A stretch of 32,000 bases of DNA from Trichodesmium erythraeum IMS101 (GTDB taxonomy: Bacteria; Cyanobacteriota; Cyanobacteriia; Cyanobacteriales; Microcoleaceae), in contig NC_008312.1 in assembly GCF_000014265.1 (NCBI RefSeq), positions 5,670,001-5,702,000 of the forward strand. The letters are read 5' to 3'. The notes under the pieces are model-generated. The model saw only the letters and a list, made by a program, of their open reading frames with translations, did not search any database and was not told the origin of the DNA. Below are positions 18,738 through 27,710 of the stretch, piece after piece. How positions within the stretch are numbered: position 1 is the stretch's first letter; each line of letters begins with the position of its first letter. The translations under genes were made by a program, and so were the position numbers.

Positions 18738-19608
18738 AATTCATAATATTTTATTGATGAAAAGTAAGCATTCAGCTCTTAGCAGTCAACTATCAGCAAT
18801 TAACAATGAGCAATTACTGTTAATATGAAATACAAAAAATTGTACTAATATCCTAATATTTCTTTCTACCCATTTCCCCCAGAACCCTACCAATTTTTAG
18901 TGGCAAATATTAACGTATTTTATAGATAGCACTACCTGCTAACCTCAGAAGATTTTGAAATTACTCAACAAACTTTTTGAGATATTGAAAAAGTTATAAA
19001 GTATCCTAAAGTCTTGTTATATTGCCATAAACTTAAGGAAAATTAGTTGGGTAGTAAATTTTAATTTTATTTCAATTTCTCAGTTTTTTTTACCTCCTTT
19101 TTTAAGCAATAAGTGATAAGGCAGGTCTTCTGCAAGAGACTAGTTAATAGCTGATGGCTGAATACTTATGATTAAATTATCCAAACTTTATTTAATAGCT
19201 AAATAAATTCAGAGTGATTTTTTGATAATATGGGGTTTGGTTACTAAACCCCAAAGTTGAGTTTGATACAGCCTATTTCTTGTCAAGTATGGTCAAGTAA
19301 TTTTAGTATATTTGCTCAACAAGAATGAAAACTTAGTTTTATACTTCAAAAACTATCTAACAACCTACTATCACCGTAACTTATAAACCCAGAATGCGCC
19401 CTTAAATATAATAATTAAAAATATACCAATTGCCTCAAGCATAGCTATATATTGTAAAATATAATTAAATCACATAATCTTATAAAATACAGCCATGTAG
19501 CCTAAATTTATAAAATTAGTCTTACACTCTATAGCTATAGTTTTTTGCTTCTATTTTATTTGTATTTCAAATTTTTCTATCTGAAAATATCGAACTAATT
19601 GAATTAAT

Positions 19609-20343
19609 ATGTCAGAATCAATAAAAGCACAATATCCTATTATTTCTTATAATCATATACTCTCAGAACTTTCTGTTAATAGTCAAGATCCATGTGAAGT
19701 TATTCGTGAGTTAATCTCTAATTCTTATGATGCTGAGGCTTCTCAAATTCAAATATACCCAATTACAACAGAAAGAGAAAAGGGATTTATATTTTTTGAT
19801 GATGGCATTGGTTTAAATGAAACAGAAGAAACTAATGGCATTACTCCTTATCGTGCATTTTTTTCAATTGGAAAATCTACAAAAGTTCAAGGAGATTATA
19901 TTGGCTATAAATGTCAAGGTTCTAAGCTTTGCTTTGCATCTAAAAAAATTACTATTATTACGAAATGTTCAGGTGAACCCTCGTGGCGATATATATCAAT
20001 AGATAATCCACAAAAAAATATTAATGAGTCATTTAATATTTCTTCTCAGCATAGTGATCAACCTTGGAGTATTCTAAGCAAACTTTTTCCTATACTAAAA
20101 AGTTCAACAAAAAACATACTAGAAAAATTAGATAAAGATTTTTTTGACCGTAATTTTAAGAGTCAAGGAACAATGATTATTTTGGAAGGACTACACATTG
20201 CAAACTTTAATAAATTTTATTCTACAGATGAGTATGCACGAGACGACTGGTCTTATTTAAAACATTATATCCGCTTCAACACAAGACACGGTGATATGAG
20301 AATACTTAGACCTGATAAAACAGGTTTTCCCCAAAGAAAATAA
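19609..20343 (+). CDS. GHKL (MORC/Hsp90/MutL-type, HATPase_c_3-like) ATPase, N-terminal part, ends at an in-frame TAA
   Basis: Bergerat-fold motifs in the right order and spacing: N-box ELISNSYDAEA (ExxxNxxDA), G1 box FFDDGIGL (DxGxG), and G2-like IGYKCQGSK. Confidence 0.75.
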   Translation: MSESIKAQYPIISYNHILSELSVNSQDPCEVIRELISNSYDAEASQIQIYPITTEREKGFIFFDDGIGLNETEETNGITPYRAFFSIGKSTKVQGDYIGYKCQGSKLCFASKKITIITKCSGEPSWRYISIDNPQKNINESFNISSQHSDQPWSILSKLFPILKSSTKNILEKLDKDFFDRNFKSQGTMIILEGLHIANFNKFYSTDEYARDDWSYLKHYIRFNTRHGDMRILRPDKTGFPQRK

Positions 20344-20361
20344 GCTTTATTTAAAGGAAGT

Positions 20362-21576
20362 ATGGGATACAATGATCAATGCAAACTGTTTCTATGGTCT
20401 AATACAAAAAAGGAATATACATTAAAAGAAATTGAATCGGGATATCCTTATTTACAAAAACCAAATGACAATGAAGAAATAAAAATAAGCACTCCTGCTA
20501 AAGTATCAAGCCTTGAGAATGGTAATTTTTCAGGGCGTTATTGTTCTACTTTTAAGTATCAAGAAACAATCTATTGTATCACTTTAGCAATAGATGGAAA
20601 TAGAAGAGCATTAAATAATTATAAAGAGCTAGGTAGACAAGGGAAAGATAATAGCAAGTCCGGAATTAGATTAGTAGATCAAAGAGGAACATTCATTTCA
20701 TCTGAAGGTGTGAAAATTTGTTCTTACAATAAAATTTTTGAGCATTTATTATTAGAAAAATATTCCATTCTTGCAGAGAATAAAGTTCAACGCCATTATA
20801 TTTTGATCATCAACGGTAGTTTTAACGTAGTCACAAATAGAAATTCTTTAACTGATACTTCTAAACAAATTTTAGAAGACCCTCCATTTATAGAAAAAAT
20901 CAAAAATTTTTTAGATGAAGCTGAACGAAACGTTGTTGTTTTTCGTGAATTGATTGAAAGATTAAAGAAAGAAAATCAAGAGAAAAAATTCGAAAAATAT
21001 ACTGAGAGGTTAAAAAAACTTAAAGAAAGTATTCAATATAGACCAAGGTTTAAAGTTAATAACATAGAACAATTAAAAGATAAATGGATTATAGCACCAG
21101 AACACGGAGAAGAGCATTGGGTAGGAGCATTATATACAATGTTTTCTCATTTAGTTACTGTTAACTCGCCTTGTCAAAAATTATGGGTACGCCCAAGAAC
21201 TTTTTGTGGTAATGGTCTTGATAGCATAGCTGTTCCTTTAGAAGAAAATAGTTTAAAAGAAACGGTTCATGAAGGACTAGAATATAAGTATACTTTTTCC
21301 GCTACTGATCAATATAACCATCCTTTTATTCAGACTAATTGGATCGTTTGTTGGGATATGTCTATGCCAGAAAAAGGAGCAAAAATTGAGGATGCTTATG
21401 AATATTTTGGATATGTTTCTTTTGAGAATGAAGAATTAACTAACATTGGCTATGAAATTGTTGATATTGAACGTCTAAAAGGTGAGAGTCATTCTTCCCC
21501 GATTAAAGTAATTAGCTTAAAGAAATTACTAAATGAGACATTTGATTGTAAATGGACTACTCCACCCACCAAATAA
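20362..21576 (+). CDS. C-terminal continuation of the GHKL ATPase gene (same frame): coiled coil plus PD-(D/E)xK-like module
   Basis: It is in the same reading frame as 19609-20343, separated only by TAA plus 6 sense codons. Features: coiled-coil-like FRELIERLKKENQEKKFEKYTERLKKLKESIQ, then EEHWVGALYTMFSHLV...GLDSIAV...GLEYKYTF...IVCWD, which fits an E...D...ExK restriction-endonuclease-fold pattern. That reading is inference. Confidence 0.6.
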   Translation: MGYNDQCKLFLWSNTKKEYTLKEIESGYPYLQKPNDNEEIKISTPAKVSSLENGNFSGRYCSTFKYQETIYCITLAIDGNRRALNNYKELGRQGKDNSKSGIRLVDQRGTFISSEGVKICSYNKIFEHLLLEKYSILAENKVQRHYILIINGSFNVVTNRNSLTDTSKQILEDPPFIEKIKNFLDEAERNVVVFRELIERLKKENQEKKFEKYTERLKKLKESIQYRPRFKVNNIEQLKDKWIIAPEHGEEHWVGALYTMFSHLVTVNSPCQKLWVRPRTFCGNGLDSIAVPLEENSLKETVHEGLEYKYTFSATDQYNHPFIQTNWIVCWDMSMPEKGAKIEDAYEYFGYVSFENEELTNIGYEIVDIERLKGESHSSPIKVISLKKLLNETFDCKWTTPPTK

Positions 21577-22358
21577 ATATCTTTTAATATTTAGGGCTAT
21601 GGTTTTTTTGTAGGGTAATTGTTAATATTGACTTAATTAGGGTTGTCTGATGAAATCTAAAAGTATTGACACATATAAACGTTCAAGCATTTTTTTTACC
21701 TTTAAAAAATACTTGTTTTTTAATCTTTAAAGCTCATGTATAGCAGTGCCCTCTGGTGTATTTACACATTATTTCTTTGACACCTTTTCTAGACTGGGCT
21801 TTGATCTATAATTTATAAATACCTCAGAGAGCAGCGCTATATGTTATGATTCCTATATAGCAAATATATCTAATTTGCTGATTTGCCGATTACTATATAT
21901 AGTGTTTTTCAAATTAAATACACACTATCTGTGGAAAATATATTGTCAACCATTACAATTTTTGCAATAAATTCTAGCTTATTGACAATTCCCATGGTTG
22001 ATTGTAATTGATGGGTTAGCTCTGACCATGAAATAAAAATCAAAGTACAAATATATCTAACCCACTTTCCGCACTTCAACTTGTAACATTAAAAATAGTA
22101 TAAAACCCGTAGCTTGCTACTAAATCGTTAATTCTTATTGGCCACTATGATTTTTTTCTTAATACCTGAATTCCCACTTTGAGGGATATCATCAAGGAGA
22201 TTGAATGCATGAGTTTTGAATTATATTTATGCTACATTTTGTATTAAAAAATGTAGGGCACAAGCAGTCTCCTAGACCTTAAAAAGACCTTTTCCCCTAA
22301 ACCCTAATTAGTATATATCTTAAACTATAGCGCTATAGTTTTTTTCTCTTCACATCAA

Positions 22359-23648
22359 CAGGACTTACGCAGAGAAACTATATATAGCGTATATTAAATA
22401 GAGCGATCGCTAAAAAAATCATAGCCATCCCCCAGCTTTTATTCATTAAAAACAATCCATAAAAACTTAAACAACTGTCATTTTAATTGTCGGATATTTG
22501 AGTTCAGAGACTAGATATTTAGATGATAATTGATGTTTTAGTTGATCAATAGTTTTTCCCAAATTATTGGCAATTTTTTTCAAATTATTCCATACCAACA
22601 TAGCACAAGCAATGTGATTTTTTTGAATTTTTCCCCGACGACATTGACAAAATTCAAGTCCTGTTAACTGTTTAATTTCTCTGTGGAATTCCTCAATTTT
22701 CCACCTAGTTTGAATCTCAAACTCAACATCATCTGTACTTTGACAACTAAGGTCATTAGTAGCAATATATTCTGCTGAAGTTTGTGGAAACACTACCCCA
22801 GAATAATTTAACTTTTTTATCTCTAGGAAAACCTTTTATTTTAATAATCTTTCCTGATGTTAATTCCCACTCATTCCATTTTAATTCTTCCAGTTTTTGA
22901 TACTTTTTTACACCCCCACTATCGTCTACTAAACCATTGCTTTTTAAAGGGCAATAGTAAATTTTACCTAAATTATCTATTAAAGCCATTAGTCTTTGGG
23001 TTGCATACCAGCTATCCATTAATACTGTTTTGACTGGTATTTTCTGATTTTCCACCATATCAACCAACCTCAACTTCTACATTATCTATTTTACTCTTTT
23101 CATCATTTTCTGGATTATAAATACGATAATCTATTATCCAGAATCGCTCTATTTTAGGATGAAAATATAAGCAATTAACTATTCCTATCCCACTCACTAC
23201 CCCATGTTCATTTCCACTGTACTGACGGCGGACAAGTTCAATTTTTAGGGAATATTTTTTATTAATAACTGTATCATCAGGCCTTTAAATAACCATCTTC
23301 AGAATTGACAATTTCTTTCCTGACATTTTGCCACAAAATTTCTGAACCTAAATCAACACTTTTCAAATAACGATTAATTTGATCGTGGCTAATTTTTTCC
23401 ACCTTGGATCGGCAAGATTTGTTAGAGTATAATTTTTATGACTACTTATTAAATACTGAAAATATTTGATATAATCAAAGTTCATATTAAAGGTATTACA
23501 AGTAATTTATATAATATTAATCAAGCATACCAAATAATTTGGGCTCAAGCAAATTTTTAAGGTTTTTGTATTTTGCTGTTCAAGCGATCGCTAAATAGAT
23601 AAATCTTTAAGGGTAAACACTATATATAGTGTCTTTGCGTAAGTCCTG
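22359..23648 (-). mobile_element. IS element (IS4/IS701-superfamily DDE type), 1290 bp, transposase frameshifted
   Basis: Terminal inverted repeats CAGGACTTACGCAGAGAAACTATATATAGCGT (left) and the reverse complement of the right end, CAGGACTTACGCAAAGACACTATATATAGTGT, matching at about 29/32 positions. There is a 5-bp direct duplication ATCAA at 22354-22358 and 23649-23653. Removing the element and one ATCAA restores the uninterrupted unit sequence seen at 24281-24300. Confidence 0.88.
22467..23485 (-). pseudogene. DDE transposase (DDE_Tnp_1-like), multiple frameshifts
   Basis: Pieces in different frames: MNFDYIKYFQYLISSHKNYTLTNLA.., ..ISHDQINRYLKSVDLGSEILWQNVRKEI.., ..DDTVINKKYSLKIELVRRQYSGNEHGVVSGIGIVNCLYF.., MDSWYATQRLMALIDNLGKIYYCPLKSN.., and RWKIEEFHREIKQLTGLE (the YREK-type C-terminal signature). 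Confidence 0.8.
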
Positions 23649-24062
23649 ATCAAAAACAATTAACCCTCAAACCCCAAAATACCCAGAGACCATTTAGTTC
23701 GCCTATGAGTATTTTAGGAAAGCGGATGGCGAGAGTCGAAACTTTTGAATTATATTTATGCTACATTTTGTATTAAAAAATGTAAGACATAAGCACTCTC
23801 CTACTCCTTAAAAAGACCTTTTCCCCTAAACCCTAATTAGTATATATCTTAAACTATAGCGCTATAGTTTTTTTTCTCTTCACATCAAAAAAAATTAACC
23901 CTCAAACCCCAAAATACCCAGAGACCATTTAGTTCGCCTATGAGTATTTTAGGAAAGCGGATGGCGAGAGTCGAAACTTTTGAATTATATTTATGCTACA
24001 TTTTGTATTAAAAAATGTAAGACATAAGCACTCTCCTATTCCTTAAAAAGACCTTTTCCCCT

Positions 24063-24209
24063 AAACCCTAATTAGTATATATTTGAAACTATAGCGCTAT
24101 CCTACTCCTTTAAACCCTAATTAGTATATATTTGAAACTATAGCGCTATCCTACTCCTTTAAACCCTAATTAGTATATATTTGAAACTATAGCGCTATCC
24201 TACTCCTTA
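24063..24209. repeat. 3 x 49-bp tandem sub-repeat inside the third 235-bp unit
   Basis: AAACCCTAATTAGTATATATTTGAAACTATAGCGCTATCCTACTCCTTT starts at 24063, 24112 and 24161, so the period is exactly 49. Confidence 0.92.
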
Positions 24210-24354
24210 AAAAGACCTTTTCCCCTAAACCCTAATTAGTATATATTTAAAACTATAGCGCTATAGTTTTTTTTCTCTTCACATCAAAAACAATTAACCC
24301 TCAAACCCCAAAATACCCAGAGACCATTTAGTTCACCTCTGAGTATTTTAAGAA

Positions 24355-24435
24355 TGCGGATGGCGAGACTCGAACTCGCAAGGCAAAGCCACACGTCCCT
24401 CAAACGTGCGCGTATACCAATTCCGCCACATCCGC
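24355..24435 (-). tRNA. tRNA-Leu (anticodon GAG), class II with long variable arm, no encoded CCA
   Basis: Reverse complement folds by hand. Acceptor GCGGATG/CATCCGC, D stem GCG/CGC, anticodon stem CACGT/ACGTG with loop TTGAGGG, variable arm GGC-ttt-GCC, T arm GCGAG-TTCGAGT-CTCGC, discriminator A. Confidence 0.95.
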
Positions 24436-24716
24436 TTTAGTTAGTTAGGATTTGTCAACTAAACCTCTATGTAATTAGAAATATATTAGCTAACAATATA
24501 TAACGATAACATAAAATTCTGGAATGTTTACAAGAAATTTTCCCAAATATTTTTCAGATAGCAGTCCTCAGAATACTAAATAAATTCTCCACACTCCCAA
24601 ATTGAGTCATAGTAAGAATATACAGTACACCCAACTTCTGAGTCAAACAAAAACATCTTTCCAGATTACCCAAAATACTCTATGCTAACTAAAATAATTG
24701 AGTGAAAAGCACGAAA

Positions 24717-26072
24717 ATGCGTTTCTCTAAAATTCTAATAGCCAACCGAGGTGAAATAGCTCTGCGTATTCTGCGCACCTGCGAAGAAATAGGCATAGCT
24801 ACCATTGCAGTCCACTCAACCATAGACTGCCATGCCCTCCATGTGCAACTAGCAGACGAAGCAGTTTGCATTGGTGAACCTACTAGCAGCAAAAGCTACC
24901 TCAACATACCCAATATTATCTCGGCAGCTCTGACTCGCGACGCCACTGCCATTCATCCAGGGTATGGCTTTCTGGCAGAAAATGCTCGATTTGCAGAAAT
25001 CTGTGCTGACCATGATATTACCTTTATTGGTCCATCTCCAGCAGGAATTAGGGCCATGGGGGACAAATCTACAGCCAAAGAAACCATGCAAAAAGCTGGA
25101 GTTCCTACAGTTCCAGGAAGCGATGGTCTTCTGACAGATGAAAATGAAGCAGTGGCGATCGCCGAAAAAATTGGCTTTCCCCTAATTATCAAAGCCACAG
25201 CTGGAGGAGGAGGACGAGGGATGAGACTGGTTCGCCATCCTAATGATCTGTCCAAATTATTCCAAGCAGCCCAAGGAGAAGCAGAAGCAGCCTTTGGCAA
25301 CCCAGGAGTTTACATGGAGAAATTCATTGAACGCCCACGTCACATTGAATTTCAAATATTGGCCGATAGTTACGGAAATGTGATTCATTTGGGAGAAAGA
25401 GACTGCTCAATTCAACGTCGCCATCAAAAATTACTAGAAGAGGCTCCCTCTCCAGCATTAGATCCTAAACTCCGGCAAAAAATGGGGGAAGCTGCGGTCA
25501 AGGCAGCCAAGTCTATCAACTATCTTGGTGCTGGTACTGTAGAATTTCTTCTAGACCAGTCAGGTAAATTCTACTTTATGGAAATGAATACCAGAATTCA
25601 AGTAGAACATCCAGTCACAGAAGCAATTACAGGACTTGATTTAATTGCCGAACAAATTAGAATTGCCCAAGGAGAAAAATTACAGTTAACCCAAAAACAG
25701 GTCAAGTTTAATGGTCATGCTATAGAATGTCGCATTAATGCCGAAGACCCAGAACACAATTTTCGCCCCCATCCAGGTCGTATTAGTGGATATCTACCAC
25801 CAGGAGGCCCTGGAGTCAGGATGGACTCTCATGTTTATACAGATTACGAGATTCCACCCTACTATGATTCTTTGATTGGTAAATTAATAGTTTGGGGGCA
25901 CAACCGTCCCACTGCTATCCAGAGAATGAAACGTGCTTTAAGGGAATGTGCTGTTACGGGAGTTCCAACTACCATAGGTTTTCATCAAAGAATTTTAGAA
26001 ACTCCTGAATTTGTTGATGGGGAAGTCTATACCAATTTTGTTGAAAATATTATGAACCAAGACCCAAAATAA
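24717..26072 (+). CDS. accC: acetyl-CoA carboxylase biotin carboxylase subunit
   Basis: Motifs: [21 protein letters not shown]-terminus, glycine loop [14 protein letters not shown], and [14 protein letters not shown]. The ORF track starts at GTG 24702, but ATG 24717 gives the canonical N-terminus. Confidence 0.95.
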   Translation: MRFSKILIANRGEIALRILRTCEEIGIATIAVHSTIDCHALHVQLADEAVCIGEPTSSKSYLNIPNIISAALTRDATAIHPGYGFLAENARFAEICADHDITFIGPSPAGIRAMGDKSTAKETMQKAGVPTVPGSDGLLTDENEAVAIAEKIGFPLIIKATAGGGGRGMRLVRHPNDLSKLFQAAQGEAEAAFGNPGVYMEKFIERPRHIEFQILADSYGNVIHLGERDCSIQRRHQKLLEEAPSPALDPKLRQKMGEAAVKAAKSINYLGAGTVEFLLDQSGKFYFMEMNTRIQVEHPVTEAITGLDLIAEQIRIAQGEKLQLTQKQVKFNGHAIECRINAEDPEHNFRPHPGRISGYLPPGGPGVRMDSHVYTDYEIPPYYDSLIGKLIVWGHNRPTAIQRMKRALRECAVTGVPTTIGFHQRILETPEFVDGEVYTNFVENIMNQDPK

Positions 26073-26580
26073 TTCCCAAATAATTGCTTGGAGTTGTCTT
26101 AAATGAGCTACTCAAATAAGTAGGTATTATATTGCCTTTCCATAAAGGCATTAAGATATTTTCAGGGAGATAAACTTTGATAGAGCTACTTTTATTCACC
26201 CATACTATAAGTGCTAAAAATTTTTAATAATGCAGAGTAAAACGTGTCTTAAATTGGGGGTATGTCGCAATGCCTATTGTGAAAACCTGTAGATGCTTTT
26301 AAGTATTTAGATCGCCTTGGTGCCTTGGTGCTTAAATAATTTTAATTATAAGGCCCAGCGGTTAGGCAACTTATCAGGAATTCTCTTGCTTAGTAGGTTG
26401 CTTCTACACTACAGTAGTTACTCTTACTATCTGAATTTTACTGCAATTAGTTAAGCTTGATAAGTATAGCCATATCAATATATATAAAGTTATATCAATA
26501 AAATTTCAGGAAATCAGTAATAGTTAAATAGCTCCTTCATAATTTCCGCAACGTTGAAAATAACTTTACTGTTCTTTTCG

Positions 26581-26865
26581 CTACAGCATGATTTTCAATA
26601 AACCTTGCTGACCTAAAAGCATCTCTCGCAGCAAGCTAAAAATAGCTACCCAAATAATTGGGCTAATATCTACCCCTCCCAAAGGGGGTACAATTTTTCT
26701 TGTGGGAGCTAAGAATGGTTCCGTAGGTAAAAATATCAAATTAAATGGAAATTGATTAATATTTACTTGAGGATACCATGTCAGAACAATTCGGAAAATA
26801 AATAAGAAAGTCATCAACCCTAGGGTAATGCTCAGAGTCCAATTAACTAATGTCATATAGTCCAT
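26581..26865 (-). CDS. yggT: YggT family (Ycf19-like) membrane protein
   Basis: 94 aa. FRIVLTWYPQV...PTEPFLAPTRKIVPPLGGVDISPI is the YggT signature. Confidence 0.88.
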   Translation of the reverse strand: MDYMTLVNWTLSITLGLMTFLFIFRIVLTWYPQVNINQFPFNLIFLPTEPFLAPTRKIVPPLGGVDISPIIWVAIFSLLREMLLGQQGLLKIML

Positions 26866-27293
26866 AAAGCTAGAAATTAACTTTTGTAAAGAAAACTAAT
26901 ATTATTGTATTGCAAATTATTAAGCCATAACAATATAGCCAGGACTTACGAATGTCTTACAAAAAAACAAATTTATGCCCCTAATTGTGTTTTTTCCCTC
27001 TCGCTAAATTTCCTTAAGTAACCCAGTTTTTAGGATTTTAGCTGTATCGGTCCTACTAGCCTATCCATCACAACGAAGTTATAGAAGTAGTAAATTAAGC
27101 TAATATGCATTTAATTCTTATGTTTTTTTGTGTTCCTAGTTAATCGGCCAACGTTTATGACTTCTGATTTTTAAATCATGACAAAAGTCATAATTATAGA
27201 TAATAGTAGATACTAGGGAAAAATTTTAAGTAAATGATAAATTAATATAGAGAAATAAGAGAAATCAATTTTTGTAACTAAGGGTAATAATTT

Positions 27294-27413
27294 ATGACTC
27301 CTTCTTTATTAAACTTCGTCTTCAGTCTGTTGGCAGGAATTTTAATTGTAGTTATTCCAGCTACAGTTTTTTTGATCTTCGTCAGTCAAAAGGACAAAGT
27401 TAGCCGTTCTTAG
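27294..27413 (+). CDS. psbX: photosystem II reaction center protein X
   Basis: A 39-aa ORF below the ORF-track cutoff: MTPSLLNFVFSLLAGILIVVIPATVFLIFVSQKDKVSRS. This is the canonical PsbX pattern (MTPSL.NF..SL......VIPAT..L..ISQ.D...R.). Confidence 0.88.
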   Translation: MTPSLLNFVFSLLAGILIVVIPATVFLIFVSQKDKVSRS

Positions 27414-27502
27414 GCTCCAAATATTTTTTTTTATAATTCAAAGGTTGATTATACAGTAATGTAGAAGACTTTCTTCTTTCAAATTAGCCTGCTCTTTATT
27501 TG

Positions 27503-27573
27503 AAACCTCAGCTAAAGTAGAGGGAAGACAGTAATAAAATTGTCAAATCCCAACAAACTGAGGTTTTTCTTTG
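27503..27573 (+). terminator. long imperfect hairpin with U-tail downstream of psbX (terminator or small structured RNA)
   Basis: Outer stem AAACCTCAG/CTGAGGTTT (9 bp). Nested inner stems GGGA/TCCC and GACA/TGTC. The hairpin is followed by TTCTTTG. Confidence 0.4.
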
Positions 27574-27710
27574 TTAAGTTGAGAATGTATGATCAAACAA
27601 AGATTAAGTGTAATTTATATATAAGAAAACCTTAAAGCCCTAATAACTGCTCTGTTGGTAGAAATTGTCGACTTTAAAAGTTAACTTAATGACTGGTTAG
27701 GAGATTTATA

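Larger units (their letters stand above)
22214..24354. repeat. array of three ~235-bp units abutting the 3' end of tRNA-Leu (interrupted by an IS)
   Basis: The anchor TTTTGAATTATATTTATGCTACATTTTGTATTAAAAAATGTA recurs at 22214, 23743 and 23978. Units 1 and 2 end in a pseudo-copy of the tRNA 3' end (AGCGGATGGCGAGAGTCGAAAC at 23721-23742 and 23956-23977). Unit 3 runs into the real tRNA 3' end, GCGGATGGCGAGACTCGAAC at 24356. Each unit also holds the hairpin CTACATTTT-gtattaa-AAAATGTAG and the palindrome AAACTATAGCGCTATAGTTT followed by a T-run. Confidence 0.9.

Noticed and set aside
19817-20002. 61-aa ORF in an alternative frame of the GHKL gene
   Set aside because: The overlapping frame carries the ordered GHKL motifs, and this frame has none.
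21577-22213. Partial similarity to the IS inverted repeat (ACTATATATAGTGT at ~21895-21908) and nearby CTATATAGC palindromes
   Set aside because: Only the AT-rich inner part of the IR matches, the diagnostic CAGGACTTACGC terminus is absent, and such a match is easily produced by chance in AT-rich sequence.
22214-24354. CRISPR array or integrase-bearing prophage at the tRNA
   Set aside because: The periodicity is whole-unit tandem duplication with no unique spacers. No tyrosine or serine recombinase ORF exists anywhere between 16.6 and 24.4 kb on either strand.
24689-25300. Three minus-strand ORFs (24689-24892, 24849-25091, 24953-25300)
   Set aside because: They are antisense to accC. Long antisense open frames are expected in this relatively GC-rich, strongly codon-biased gene.
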